Shown: piece after piece, positions 56,073 through 64,000 of the stretch | How positions within the stretch are numbered: the first letter of the stretch is position 1 | How the letters are laid out: the number at the start of each line of letters is the position of its first letter | Origin: a virus | Lineage: Duplodnaviria > Caudoviricetes | Strand: one strand, 5' to 3' | Length of the DNA: 64,000 nucleotides | IMG/VR virus record: IMGVR_UViG_3300034062_005355 | Made by a program: the position numbers and the translations under genes | The notes under the pieces: generated by a model | Databases searched by the model: none | What the model was told of the DNA's origin: nothing | Seen by the model: only the letters and a program-made list of their open reading frames with translations

Positions 56073-57506
56073 ATGAGAGGATATTTTGGATTAGGTCAAT
56101 TATCTGCAGCTGAAAAGTCAGATATTTTAGACCAACACAAGAGTGTATACAATGGTTACCAAACAATGCAACCACAGGTGTCTAACACACAGCCATTAAC
56201 AGTATATGACTTTGCTGGTGATAAAGAAGGTTTAGTTGTTAATAATAAAGGTGAAGTTAAAAAATACACCAATATGGGAATCAACGAACAAGTTGAGACC
56301 AAAGAAGTTTGTGATGATTGCGGAGCAATGATTATGGATGGTATGTGTACCGAATGTAATTACGGTCATATGGAAGAATCATACCTTGAAGAAGGTAATA
56401 TGTGCGAACAATGTGGTGGTACCATGAAAGAAGATGTTTGCGAGCAATGTGGTTCAGGAAAAATGGAAGAAGAAACTGGTCATTTAGATGACATTTATAA
56501 AGTAAGAGATTTAAACCTTAAAAAAGGTGATTACGATTACGTTGAAGGTGGCGGGAATGATTACGGAACATTTGAGGGAATGCACAAAAATCTTTATAAA
56601 GAACAAGATAGTTACGATTATAAAGACCGAAGTATGTATGACCCATATTATGGTGATGATGATGATGATTTTATGGATTATGAATCTTCTTACACAGAAG
56701 ACGGTATGGATGACCCAGATAATGAAGATGACGGATATGAAGATATGAACGCATCTGAAGTTACTGATGGTGAAATGGATGAGATTGATATCAAAGATTT
56801 AGTAAAAGGAAAAAAATACAGATATAAATCACCTTCACATCAAGATGATGTTGAATTCGGTGATGAGCGTGAATATCACGATGGTAAAAATATGTACGGA
56901 TTTAAAGGTGGTGACACAGGATACTCATTAGGTAAAAGAGGTGTTGAAGATTTCATTAATAATTTAGATGATGAAGATGAGGAACTTTACGAACAAGGAT
57001 TTACTGGTGGTGGAAACGCTCCTGACATGGATTTAAGTAATATTGACCCAGGTTATGATTTTGAATCTGATGGTCCAGACCAATTTCAAAAATCATCTGA
57101 CAACCTTGATGTTGAGGATGAAGATGAAGAATCAGAAACACCGGCATTTGATTTTGAATCAGGAGGTCCAAATAGTGGTTATCCTGTTTTTGAAGATGAT
57201 ATGTATGGATATGACCCAGAAAAAGATTACGAAACAATGGAGTCTGCATGGGATGACGATGAGGGAGAATTAGACGAACAACCAGATATCTCAGGAGCAC
57301 AAGGAATCTATGGTGCCATGAAAAAAGCATATGATTTTGATAGCGATGGGCCTGGTAAAGGTGGACCTTATCAAGAATTTTCATACGAAAGTGAGTTAGA
57401 TGAAGAGGATGAGTTTGAAGAAGTTGATGAAGACCTTAAAGAATCATTAATCAATCAAAAAAACAAGATTATTGAAATGTTTAATAGAATAAAAAAATAT
57501 AATTAA
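56073..57506 (+). CDS. Very acidic protein with CxxC pairs and DF(E/D)SxGP repeats
   Basis: TATTTAT 56053-56059; LSAAEKSDILDQH N-terminus. Confidence 0.85.
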   Translation: MRGYFGLGQLSAAEKSDILDQHKSVYNGYQTMQPQVSNTQPLTVYDFAGDKEGLVVNNKGEVKKYTNMGINEQVETKEVCDDCGAMIMDGMCTECNYGHMEESYLEEGNMCEQCGGTMKEDVCEQCGSGKMEEETGHLDDIYKVRDLNLKKGDYDYVEGGGNDYGTFEGMHKNLYKEQDSYDYKDRSMYDPYYGDDDDDFMDYESSYTEDGMDDPDNEDDGYEDMNASEVTDGEMDEIDIKDLVKGKKYRYKSPSHQDDVEFGDEREYHDGKNMYGFKGGDTGYSLGKRGVEDFINNLDDEDEELYEQGFTGGGNAPDMDLSNIDPGYDFESDGPDQFQKSSDNLDVEDEDEESETPAFDFESGGPNSGYPVFEDDMYGYDPEKDYETMESAWDDDEGELDEQPDISGAQGIYGAMKKAYDFDSDGPGKGGPYQEFSYESELDEEDEFEEVDEDLKESLINQKNKIIEMFNRIKKYN

Positions 57507-57594
57507 AAATAAAACCCTAACAAAATTAGGGTTTTTTTTTGTGTCATTTTTGTTTTTACTCATTTTCCTGATATTTGTTAGTAAATTAAACATT

Positions 57595-57903
57595 ATGGAA
57601 ATTAAAGAAATTGTTTCATATTTTTTAAATGTGGAATCAAACATTTTGGAAGTATCATTTAGAACTATTAATGATGAAGATGATGTTCTTAGAACAGATA
57701 ATATTGATTATTCAATAGCTGAAGAGTACGGATTTATTCTTGAAACCGAAGATTTCGGATTTTATGACGATGAATTTGACGAAGAAGAAGATTTGTTTGA
57801 AGAATCTTCAAAAATTGAATTGGATGAAGATGAACTTATTTCGTTTTTAAATGAATATTACGAGATAAATCCAAAATCATTACCAAAACCTGAATTATAT
57901 TAA
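57595..57903 (+). CDS. Acidic hypothetical protein
   Basis: Start re-called MEIKEI. Confidence 0.75.
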   Translation: MEIKEIVSYFLNVESNILEVSFRTINDEDDVLRTDNIDYSIAEEYGFILETEDFGFYDDEFDEEEDLFEESSKIELDEDELISFLNEYYEINPKSLPKPELY

Positions 57904-58433
57904 GGACCAACTCTGGTTAAATACAAAGTCATAACTTGTTTTTCACCAAAAACACCTTTAAACCAAGATCCTGCACTTCTTAATTGGAGGGATTCAAAAC
58001 CATCATCCTCAATTAAAAAAGTTAATGTTCTTGCGGAACCATCTAAAGTAACATAATCAAATTGTAAAAATCCGCTATTATAAGAATTGTTAGATAATAT
58101 TCTGTAGAATATTTCATTTGGTGATGAACCGTATTGCCAAAGGTCTCTACCTGTAGGATTAACACCTAACTGATTCATTCTAACAGTTGAATAATCAAAA
58201 TGAAGGTAGAAACGATTAATAAATATTGAATCTATTGGGTCAGGTAATATAGGATTAACATATACATCACCAATTGTGTATAATGAGTCCCTTGTTTGAT
58301 TTTGGTCAACGTTGGTAATGTTCAATTTTGACACGACATATTTACCACTTAAAGTTACATCACTTGTTTCTAATACAAACTTTTCACAAGATGTAAGTAA
58401 AAATAAAACTAATATAAGATATAATTTTCCCAT
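57900..58433 (-). CDS. Lipoprotein
   Basis: LFLLTSC lipobox; promoter 58438-58445. Confidence 0.8.
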   Translation of the reverse strand: MGKLYLILVLFLLTSCEKFVLETSDVTLSGKYVVSKLNITNVDQNQTRDSLYTIGDVYVNPILPDPIDSIFINRFYLHFDYSTVRMNQLGVNPTGRDLWQYGSSPNEIFYRILSNNSYNSGFLQFDYVTLDGSARTLTFLIEDDGFESLQLRSAGSWFKGVFGEKQVMTLYLTRVGP

Positions 58434-58480
58434 GGAACAAATATACTAAATCTTTTCTAATAATAAAAATATTTATTACT

Positions 58481-58729
58481 ATGAATTTAGACGTAGATTT
58501 TTTAATAGATTTTTTCAACAAGTATTCAAGTAAGGATTCTAAAAAAGAAATGGGAGAACAAGAAGCGGCCGCAGCAGCACCATCATCACCATCATCAGGA
58601 GGTGGAGGAAGTGTACCTAAATGGTCAGATTCGTATCAAACAAAAAGAGGTAAAGCTAATATGTTAGGTAAAGGTGGAGAAAAATGGAATACAGGATTAA
58701 CCAGAGGTTCCGCAAACCAAATTTGGTAA
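58481..58729 (+). CDS. Hypothetical protein (xGEQ linker, RGxAN repeats)
   Basis: TATTTAT 58470-58476. Confidence 0.8.
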   Translation: MNLDVDFLIDFFNKYSSKDSKKEMGEQEAAAAAPSSPSSGGGGSVPKWSDSYQTKRGKANMLGKGGEKWNTGLTRGSANQIW

Positions 58730-58758
58730 TAACGATATATTTATAATAAAAAAAGATT

Positions 58759-59550
58759 ATGGTACAACCCAATTATAGCCCGCAAGAATCATTAGAGAGG
58801 GTAAAATTAATGATGAAGTATGATACTTCAAAAACATTAAATGAAAATAAAGGAATAATTAAAGAACAAGATAATACTGATGCCGATGTTGGAGAAATTC
58901 AGAGAGAATTAGACGAATTTAATTCAAATGAGCAAAAAATTGTAGATATTATCAAAAAATATAATAATAAGTCGTCATTCCAAAACTTTTTAAACAAATA
59001 TAAAACAATTACAGGAAAAGATTTTGGTGAAGATGTATATAGGGCAATAAGACCTAATACGGATCCGACTGAGTGGAACGATTTAAAAACTCACTTATCA
59101 TCTTTTGGAATTACTTTAGGAAAATCAGTGAATTCACAAAGTCGTGGAATAGCAACCTTCCAAGGGTTAAGTGATCAAAAAGACACAGACAACTCAAAAA
59201 TAAGTGGAGGAACAGATAATTCAGGTGGTAGTAAATACACTTCATGCCCTGATACATTACCAATTAAACAATTTTGTAAAAATGAAACCATTAAAAAAGT
59301 TCAAGCTTGTTTAAGAATGCCAATAAAATATCAAACAGGTAATTTTGGTCCTATAACACAAAAGGCTTTAGAAGGTAAAGGTCAAGATGGGACAACAATT
59401 ACAACTGAAACAATTGTTGCAGTATGTGGTAATTCAGCAGCAGGAACACCAGCAGCAGGAACACCAGCAGCAGGAACACCAGCAACAGGAACAACTCCTG
59501 AAGTTGATGGTGAAATAATCACTATAGATGGGACTAAACAGGATTTTTAA
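58759..59550 (+). CDS. Protein with annexin-like repeat and peptidoglycan-binding-like domain
   Basis: NEQKIVDII...YKTITGKDF; VQACL...TGNFGPITQKAL; TATTTAT 58738-58744. Confidence 0.55.
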   Translation: MVQPNYSPQESLERVKLMMKYDTSKTLNENKGIIKEQDNTDADVGEIQRELDEFNSNEQKIVDIIKKYNNKSSFQNFLNKYKTITGKDFGEDVYRAIRPNTDPTEWNDLKTHLSSFGITLGKSVNSQSRGIATFQGLSDQKDTDNSKISGGTDNSGGSKYTSCPDTLPIKQFCKNETIKKVQACLRMPIKYQTGNFGPITQKALEGKGQDGTTITTETIVAVCGNSAAGTPAAGTPAAGTPATGTTPEVDGEIITIDGTKQDF

Positions 59551-59561
59551 AAATTAAAAAA

Positions 59562-60653
59562 ATGAATAAATTTAACTTACAAGAAGGTGAAAAAAGTCGA
59601 ATACTTTCAATGCATAAAGCATTGATTAAAGAACAATTAGCAGGTAGTGGTGACCCCAAACCACCTGCAACACCTGAAACCCCTGCAGCACCTAAAGCAC
59701 CAACTCCAGACGTACCAAAATCAATAGAAGACCAATTACAGGGATTTATTGATAATGGTTGTGTTAAGAATGGTAATGTTGTTAAGATGAGATCAGGTAA
59801 ATCTGCAATTAAACAAGAAAGTACAAAAACACCTGGTAAATTTAGATACTTTTTTATTGACAATACTGTTGGTATGGCTGATGAAACAGGTAAATTTCAA
59901 ATATTACCAAATAAATGGGCATGTAATACAGCTGCGATTGCGGCAACTAATACAACTCAAAAATTAAGTGATGATGTTTTACAAGAGAAGAAAAATAAAG
60001 AAGGTTGGATGGAATATAGTGAATTACCTGGTAAAGGTTATAGTCAATTAGAAGCAGACCAAGGAAAATATACAACAGAAAAATTTAAAACTAAGACAGG
60101 TCAAGTAATTACACTTTACAAACCAAAAACTGGTGCGGTGATGGGTGGACAACAACAAGGAATGTCCGCAGAACAAAAGGCATTTATTACTAAATGGGAA
60201 GGAAAGAAAGGTAAACTTAAATTAACACCTGAAGAACAAGCGTCACGACTTTATAGACAAATTGAAATACCTGGAAGTAGAGAAGTTACAGGATGGGAAA
60301 CAACAGGTTTAAAAATGTTTTTTTCAGTTGATGATATAAAAGACATTTCAGGTGAGAGTAAAGACTTAAAGACAACAATTGAAAATCAAAGAATATCATT
60401 AGATGAGTGTAAGGCATTTGTTGACCAATTCTTTGCAGGATACCAAGATGATACAGATATTCCTGATTTTGATATTGTAAAACGTAAAGTTCAAAGATGT
60501 AAGTCATTATATTCACCAAATCCTACCAAAAATAGAAAAAATAAATGGGGAATATTCTCAGGTCAAAAAAATAAAATTGATATTTTAAGTGGCTTAGTTG
60601 TAGGTCAAGGACCGTCAAGAAGAGGTGAAGACGCTAAATGGAGATTAAACTAA
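59562..60653 (+). CDS. LQEGEKSRILSMH N-terminal motif protein
   Basis: ORF track. Confidence 0.85.
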   Translation: MNKFNLQEGEKSRILSMHKALIKEQLAGSGDPKPPATPETPAAPKAPTPDVPKSIEDQLQGFIDNGCVKNGNVVKMRSGKSAIKQESTKTPGKFRYFFIDNTVGMADETGKFQILPNKWACNTAAIAATNTTQKLSDDVLQEKKNKEGWMEYSELPGKGYSQLEADQGKYTTEKFKTKTGQVITLYKPKTGAVMGGQQQGMSAEQKAFITKWEGKKGKLKLTPEEQASRLYRQIEIPGSREVTGWETTGLKMFFSVDDIKDISGESKDLKTTIENQRISLDECKAFVDQFFAGYQDDTDIPDFDIVKRKVQRCKSLYSPNPTKNRKNKWGIFSGQKNKIDILSGLVVGQGPSRRGEDAKWRLN

Positions 60654-60660
60654 TATACTT

Positions 60661-61338
60661 ATGTTAGAAAAAAAGGTAAGAAAGTCTTTAATTGAGACTA
60701 AAGAAAGAAAGGAAAAACTTTTAATTGAGGAAACTTTAATTAAAAATAGACTTTCGATAATACTTGAAGGTGTTAATAGTGATAAAGAGTTTAAATCTTT
60801 ATCAGAAAAAAAACAACTTAGAATAAGTTCAAAATTTATTCAAGAACTTTCTTATTTACAAGAAACAAAATTAATTAATGAACAAAATTTAGGTTCATTA
60901 ATGCAATCATTATTTGGTGGATGGTTTGGTAATTTAACTCAAACAATTTTTGAACCAATGTTTAGTAAAATACTAACACCATTATTTGGTGAAGGATTTT
61001 TTACTGATTTTTTAACATCGTATTTAACATCAAGACCATCAGATGTTATAAAATCTTTTAATGATTGTAAATTAATGACAAAATTAATTGCACAAGGAGT
61101 TGCTGAAGCAATTGCAATGCAAGTAATGAGAAGTAAAGGTTTGACTGGTTCAGGTTATGTATTTATTAGAAATACCATGGGCGACGTTTTAACAGGGACT
61201 GAATTTATTTCAGGTATTGAAAAAGGTCTTGAGAATACTGTTTGTAGTATACTTGGTAAATTTAGTGATAATGCCGAAAAAGTTGTTGAAAAAGTAAAAG
61301 GGAATTCTGTAGATAATACAAAACCCGCAGTTAGTTAA
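60661..61338 (+). CDS. Hypothetical protein
   Basis: ORF track; LINEQ linker. Confidence 0.85.
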   Translation: MLEKKVRKSLIETKERKEKLLIEETLIKNRLSIILEGVNSDKEFKSLSEKKQLRISSKFIQELSYLQETKLINEQNLGSLMQSLFGGWFGNLTQTIFEPMFSKILTPLFGEGFFTDFLTSYLTSRPSDVIKSFNDCKLMTKLIAQGVAEAIAMQVMRSKGLTGSGYVFIRNTMGDVLTGTEFISGIEKGLENTVCSILGKFSDNAEKVVEKVKGNSVDNTKPAVS

Positions 61339-61433
61339 CCACGGGTAAAAGGAAATTCAAAGAGTGAAGACTCTTGAATATAAATGAGAACTAAAACAAA
61401 GGGGGGTGTTCTAAAATCTCAAAATAAGAGGGG

Positions 61434-62111
61434 CTAATTACCCTTCTTTTTTGTTACAATCTCATCAATTAATCCGTAATCAAGAGTTTCTTGTGACGAG
61501 AACCATAAATCTCTGTCAGCGTCAATTTTTATTTGATCTGATGACTTTCCACAATATTCTCCAAGTAAATTAAAGATGGTATCGTTAATTTTAGTCCATT
61601 CTTCAAAATTTACTTTTGCATCTGCGTAAGTACCTTGAAACCCTGACGATGATTGGTGTATCATAGTTCTTGAAAAGTTAAGTGAGCTTCTCTTACCTTT
61701 TGTTCCTGCGCCTAACAATACAGCTCCCATAGATGCACACATACCAACATTAACTGTTCTAACATCGCATGTAATGTAATTCATTACATCAATCATACTT
61801 AATCCCGATTTTATACTCCCACCACCACTATCCAAATGAAGTGTAATGTCTAACTTATCTGTATTATCCAAAAACATAAGCTGTGCTTGAACAACAGTGG
61901 ACATTTTATCATTTACAGGTCCTGCGGCCCACAATATACGGTCACGAAGCAACCTCGAAAAAATATCCATTTGAGTTACTCTCATCTCTCTTTCTTCCAA
62001 AATATATGGAGTCATTGAAGATTCGATTTGTTGTGTAAAGTAATCCAAGTGTGATGATGGTTTACCTAAATGTTTTGTGTAATACGATTGAAATTCTTGT
62101 CCGTAATTCAT
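61434..62111 (-). CDS. clpP: ClpP protease subunit
   Basis: MDIFSRLLRDRI, AQLMFL, CASMGAVLL, MIHQ, DRDLW. Confidence 0.95.
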   Translation of the reverse strand: MNYGQEFQSYYTKHLGKPSSHLDYFTQQIESSMTPYILEEREMRVTQMDIFSRLLRDRILWAAGPVNDKMSTVVQAQLMFLDNTDKLDITLHLDSGGGSIKSGLSMIDVMNYITCDVRTVNVGMCASMGAVLLGAGTKGKRSSLNFSRTMIHQSSSGFQGTYADAKVNFEEWTKINDTIFNLLGEYCGKSSDQIKIDADRDLWFSSQETLDYGLIDEIVTKKKGN

Positions 62112-62166
62112 GTTATTTTTATTTTTTTATACAAATATAAGGGAAATATTGAGTAATACAAATATT

Positions 62167-62457
62167 TTATTCGATTTCAGGTTCTTGAGTTTCTTCAGGG
62201 TTTGGGCCTAAATTAACCGCCATACCTTCTTCAACATCTTCATCACATTTAAAAATGTGGATTTGGTTATTTTGTCTGAATACGATTACTTTTTTAACAT
62301 CGTCTCCCAACTTAACATCTCCATTAACATCAACAACAATACCTTCGTCTTCTTTGAAGATAAGACCTAATGCTCTTGCGAACAACATTGATGCGTTTAG
62401 TAAATCTTGAGGGTTTTGTTCTTGCCCTGCTTGTTCTGGGTTTGTGTAATTTTCCAT
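62167..62457 (-). CDS. Hypothetical protein
   Basis: ORF track. Confidence 0.8.
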   Translation of the reverse strand: MENYTNPEQAGQEQNPQDLLNASMLFARALGLIFKEDEGIVVDVNGDVKLGDDVKKVIVFRQNNQIHIFKCDEDVEEGMAVNLGPNPEETQEPEIE

Positions 62458-62495
62458 TTTTTAATTTTTCTTTTTTATAATTTTAGTAATTTTTT

Positions 62496-62984
62496 TTAAT
62501 AAACAAAGGATTGTTGGTAATCATTCCACACTTTATTTAATAATCCATTTTCATTTAATAATGATGGGACGTATGGTTTTACCTTCATTATCATTTTTGC
62601 TTCTTCAGGAGTTTTATCCCCCTTTTTAAGATTACATTTAAAACAACATGTAACTAAATTGGTCCATTCATTGCGTCCGCCTCTTGATTTAGGTATAACA
62701 TGGTCCAAAGTTAATTGTTTTTTTGAACCGCAATATACGCATTCGTGATTGTCTCTTTTATAAATTCTTGTTCTATTAACTCTAATATTCCTTGTGTTAT
62801 ACTTAATGTAACTTAATAGTCTTATAATTAAAGGTCTAACATAGGTGTTATAACCTGCTGTAATAGGGCATTCATCAGATTTTATAATCTCAGCCTTACC
62901 TTTATCTACAAGTACAAACCCCCTCCTTGTTGAAGTTATATTCAATGGGGTAAAATCATAATTCAGTACTAATACTCCGTTCAT
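62496..62984 (-). CDS. HNH endonuclease
   Basis: CVYCG, TLDHVIPKSRGG, NLVTCCFKCN. Confidence 0.95.
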   Translation of the reverse strand: MNGVLVLNYDFTPLNITSTRRGFVLVDKGKAEIIKSDECPITAGYNTYVRPLIIRLLSYIKYNTRNIRVNRTRIYKRDNHECVYCGSKKQLTLDHVIPKSRGGRNEWTNLVTCCFKCNLKKGDKTPEEAKMIMKVKPYVPSLLNENGLLNKVWNDYQQSFVY

Positions 62985-63028
62985 TTTTATTATTTTTTTT
63001 TTAATGATAGGTTATTTTTTTTGCAAAA

Positions 63029-63868
63029 TCAAAAATTTGAAATAATTACTTCATTTGTATTCTTTTCAACTTTTACTGTTGATACTGATGCCGCCCATGA
63101 ATTATACGACATACTTATATTTTTCACATTGTATTTTACGGACCAATCAATTAGGTTTTGATTTATTTGATTTCTGTGCGAAAAAGTGTTTGATAGAATA
63201 AATTGGTATCCATCATTATTTAGTTCGTCAATATATTCTAAAAGTAATTCCTCGTCTTTTTTTTCCCAACCACCATATTTAAATTTAGATGCGATATATG
63301 GTGGATCTAAATAAATAACATCTTTCTTTTTATCTATTTTAGATAAATCCAAATCACTATACTTGCCACATATAATTTGAATGTCTTTCGTTTTAACGAT
63401 TTTTTGGTGATCCTCAATTCGTTTAAAATCAACTTCTTTCATTCCAAATGGGACATTATAACCATTTTTACTGAATCTCAATAAAGAATTAAAGGATAGT
63501 TGTAATAATAGATGTAACATATGAACATTTTCATTGGAGGTTCCAACCTTTACGTATGATTTATTAAAATCATTCCTTAGAGACATGTAAGATTCCTTAT
63601 TTCTACCATTTTGGAAGTATTTCTTATATGTTTCCTCCATTTTTTCCAAAAGATTATCATCTAAAAGTGAGTTATGTAAAGAAACTACATTTGTATCAAT
63701 ATCAATACCTTGACCTCCCTTGTTTGAATTGTAAAGACAAACTCCCGACCCTATAAATGGTTCATGAACCATCTCAAACTTTGATAATACGTCTGATAGG
63801 TAATTGTTATATATTCTAAATTTATTACCACTATATGAAAATGGTCCTTTAATTAATTCTTTATTCAT
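63029..63868 (-). CDS. dam: Dam-like N6-adenine DNA methyltransferase
   Basis: YSGNK, EPFIGSG, YLDPPY, FILSN. Confidence 0.9.
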   Translation of the reverse strand: MNKELIKGPFSYSGNKFRIYNNYLSDVLSKFEMVHEPFIGSGVCLYNSNKGGQGIDIDTNVVSLHNSLLDDNLLEKMEETYKKYFQNGRNKESYMSLRNDFNKSYVKVGTSNENVHMLHLLLQLSFNSLLRFSKNGYNVPFGMKEVDFKRIEDHQKIVKTKDIQIICGKYSDLDLSKIDKKKDVIYLDPPYIASKFKYGGWEKKDEELLLEYIDELNNDGYQFILSNTFSHRNQINQNLIDWSVKYNVKNISMSYNSWAASVSTVKVEKNTNEVIISNF

Positions 63869-64000
63869 GTGTGTTATATTTTTATAATATAATATATAAT
63901 AGGTTATTTTTTTTAAAAAATCAAAGAGGTGAGTGATCTTTATTTGGAATTATAATTTTTATTTGTATCTTTGTGGTGTTAAAAAGATATAATAATGAAA

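Larger units (their letters stand above)
3114..58744. promoter_or_regulatory. TATTTAT upstream motif, putative phage late promoter (dispersed, about 25 copies)
   Basis: Found about 4-25 nt before ATG, e.g. 5600, 10481, 12664, 14347, 18237, 21244, 24394, 29161, 34420, 43793, 56053, 58738; minus 3114, 23292, 31109, 34390, 46166. Confidence 0.7.
2409..63973. promoter_or_regulatory. Bacteroidota sigma70-type -7 elements TAnnTTTG (dispersed, over 20 copies)
   Basis: Plus: 2409, 6101, 7328, 8169, 8764, 13990, 18959, 23624, 24023, 30238, 43356, 63966. Minus: 4321, 6864, 7279, 8103, 32137, 33028, 41145, 51526, 54182, 55630, 58438, 62132. Each lies a short distance upstream of an ATG. Confidence 0.85.

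Noticed and set aside
59429-59490. 15-bp GTPAA tandem repeat
   Set aside because: Ordinary in-frame flexible linker.
61434-62111. ClpP as the head-maturation protease
   Set aside because: It has a host-type promoter and canonical ClpP sequence, is not fused or linked to a capsid gene, and nothing here ties it to Glu-specific cleavage.
1-64000. Stop-codon reassignment as in some large phages
   Set aside because: Known enzymes are full length under code 11, and all three stop codons end genes at normal operon junctions.
1-64000. Bacterial chromosome or prophage origin of the window
   Set aside because: No ribosomal, envelope-biogenesis or central-metabolism operons and no integrase; dominated by short orphans and lytic-phage accessory genes. 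Not formally excluded without the rest of the contig.

Overview
AT-rich, gene-dense 64 kb segment most consistent with a large lytic dsDNA phage of a Bacteroidota host. This is inference: no capsid, portal or terminase gene is in the window, but it has an endolysin, RNA ligase/kinase, DenV-like glycosylase, thyA, dam, HNH, clpP, smpB and many short orphan ORFs. The host call rests on more than 20 TAnnTTTG promoters plus T9SS and GEVED domains. Standard genetic code. Main unexplained structure: (1) integron-like single-gene cassettes bounded by two families of attC-like hairpins with cassette-specific complementary ends, at 6.5-7.2 kb and 50.7-51.6 kb; (2) a 7-gene envelope operon with CsgG-like proteins, cohesin/dockerin T9SS cargo and a beta-barrel, next to the endolysin; (3) a large family of otherwise dissimilar proteins sharing an MKYIITE-type N-terminus and a TATTTAT upstream motif; (4) a CRISPR-like 36-nt repeat mini-array at 12.1 kb; (5) a DnaA-box-rich origin-like region at 3.1-5.6 kb. 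All family calls are by motif recognition, not database search.
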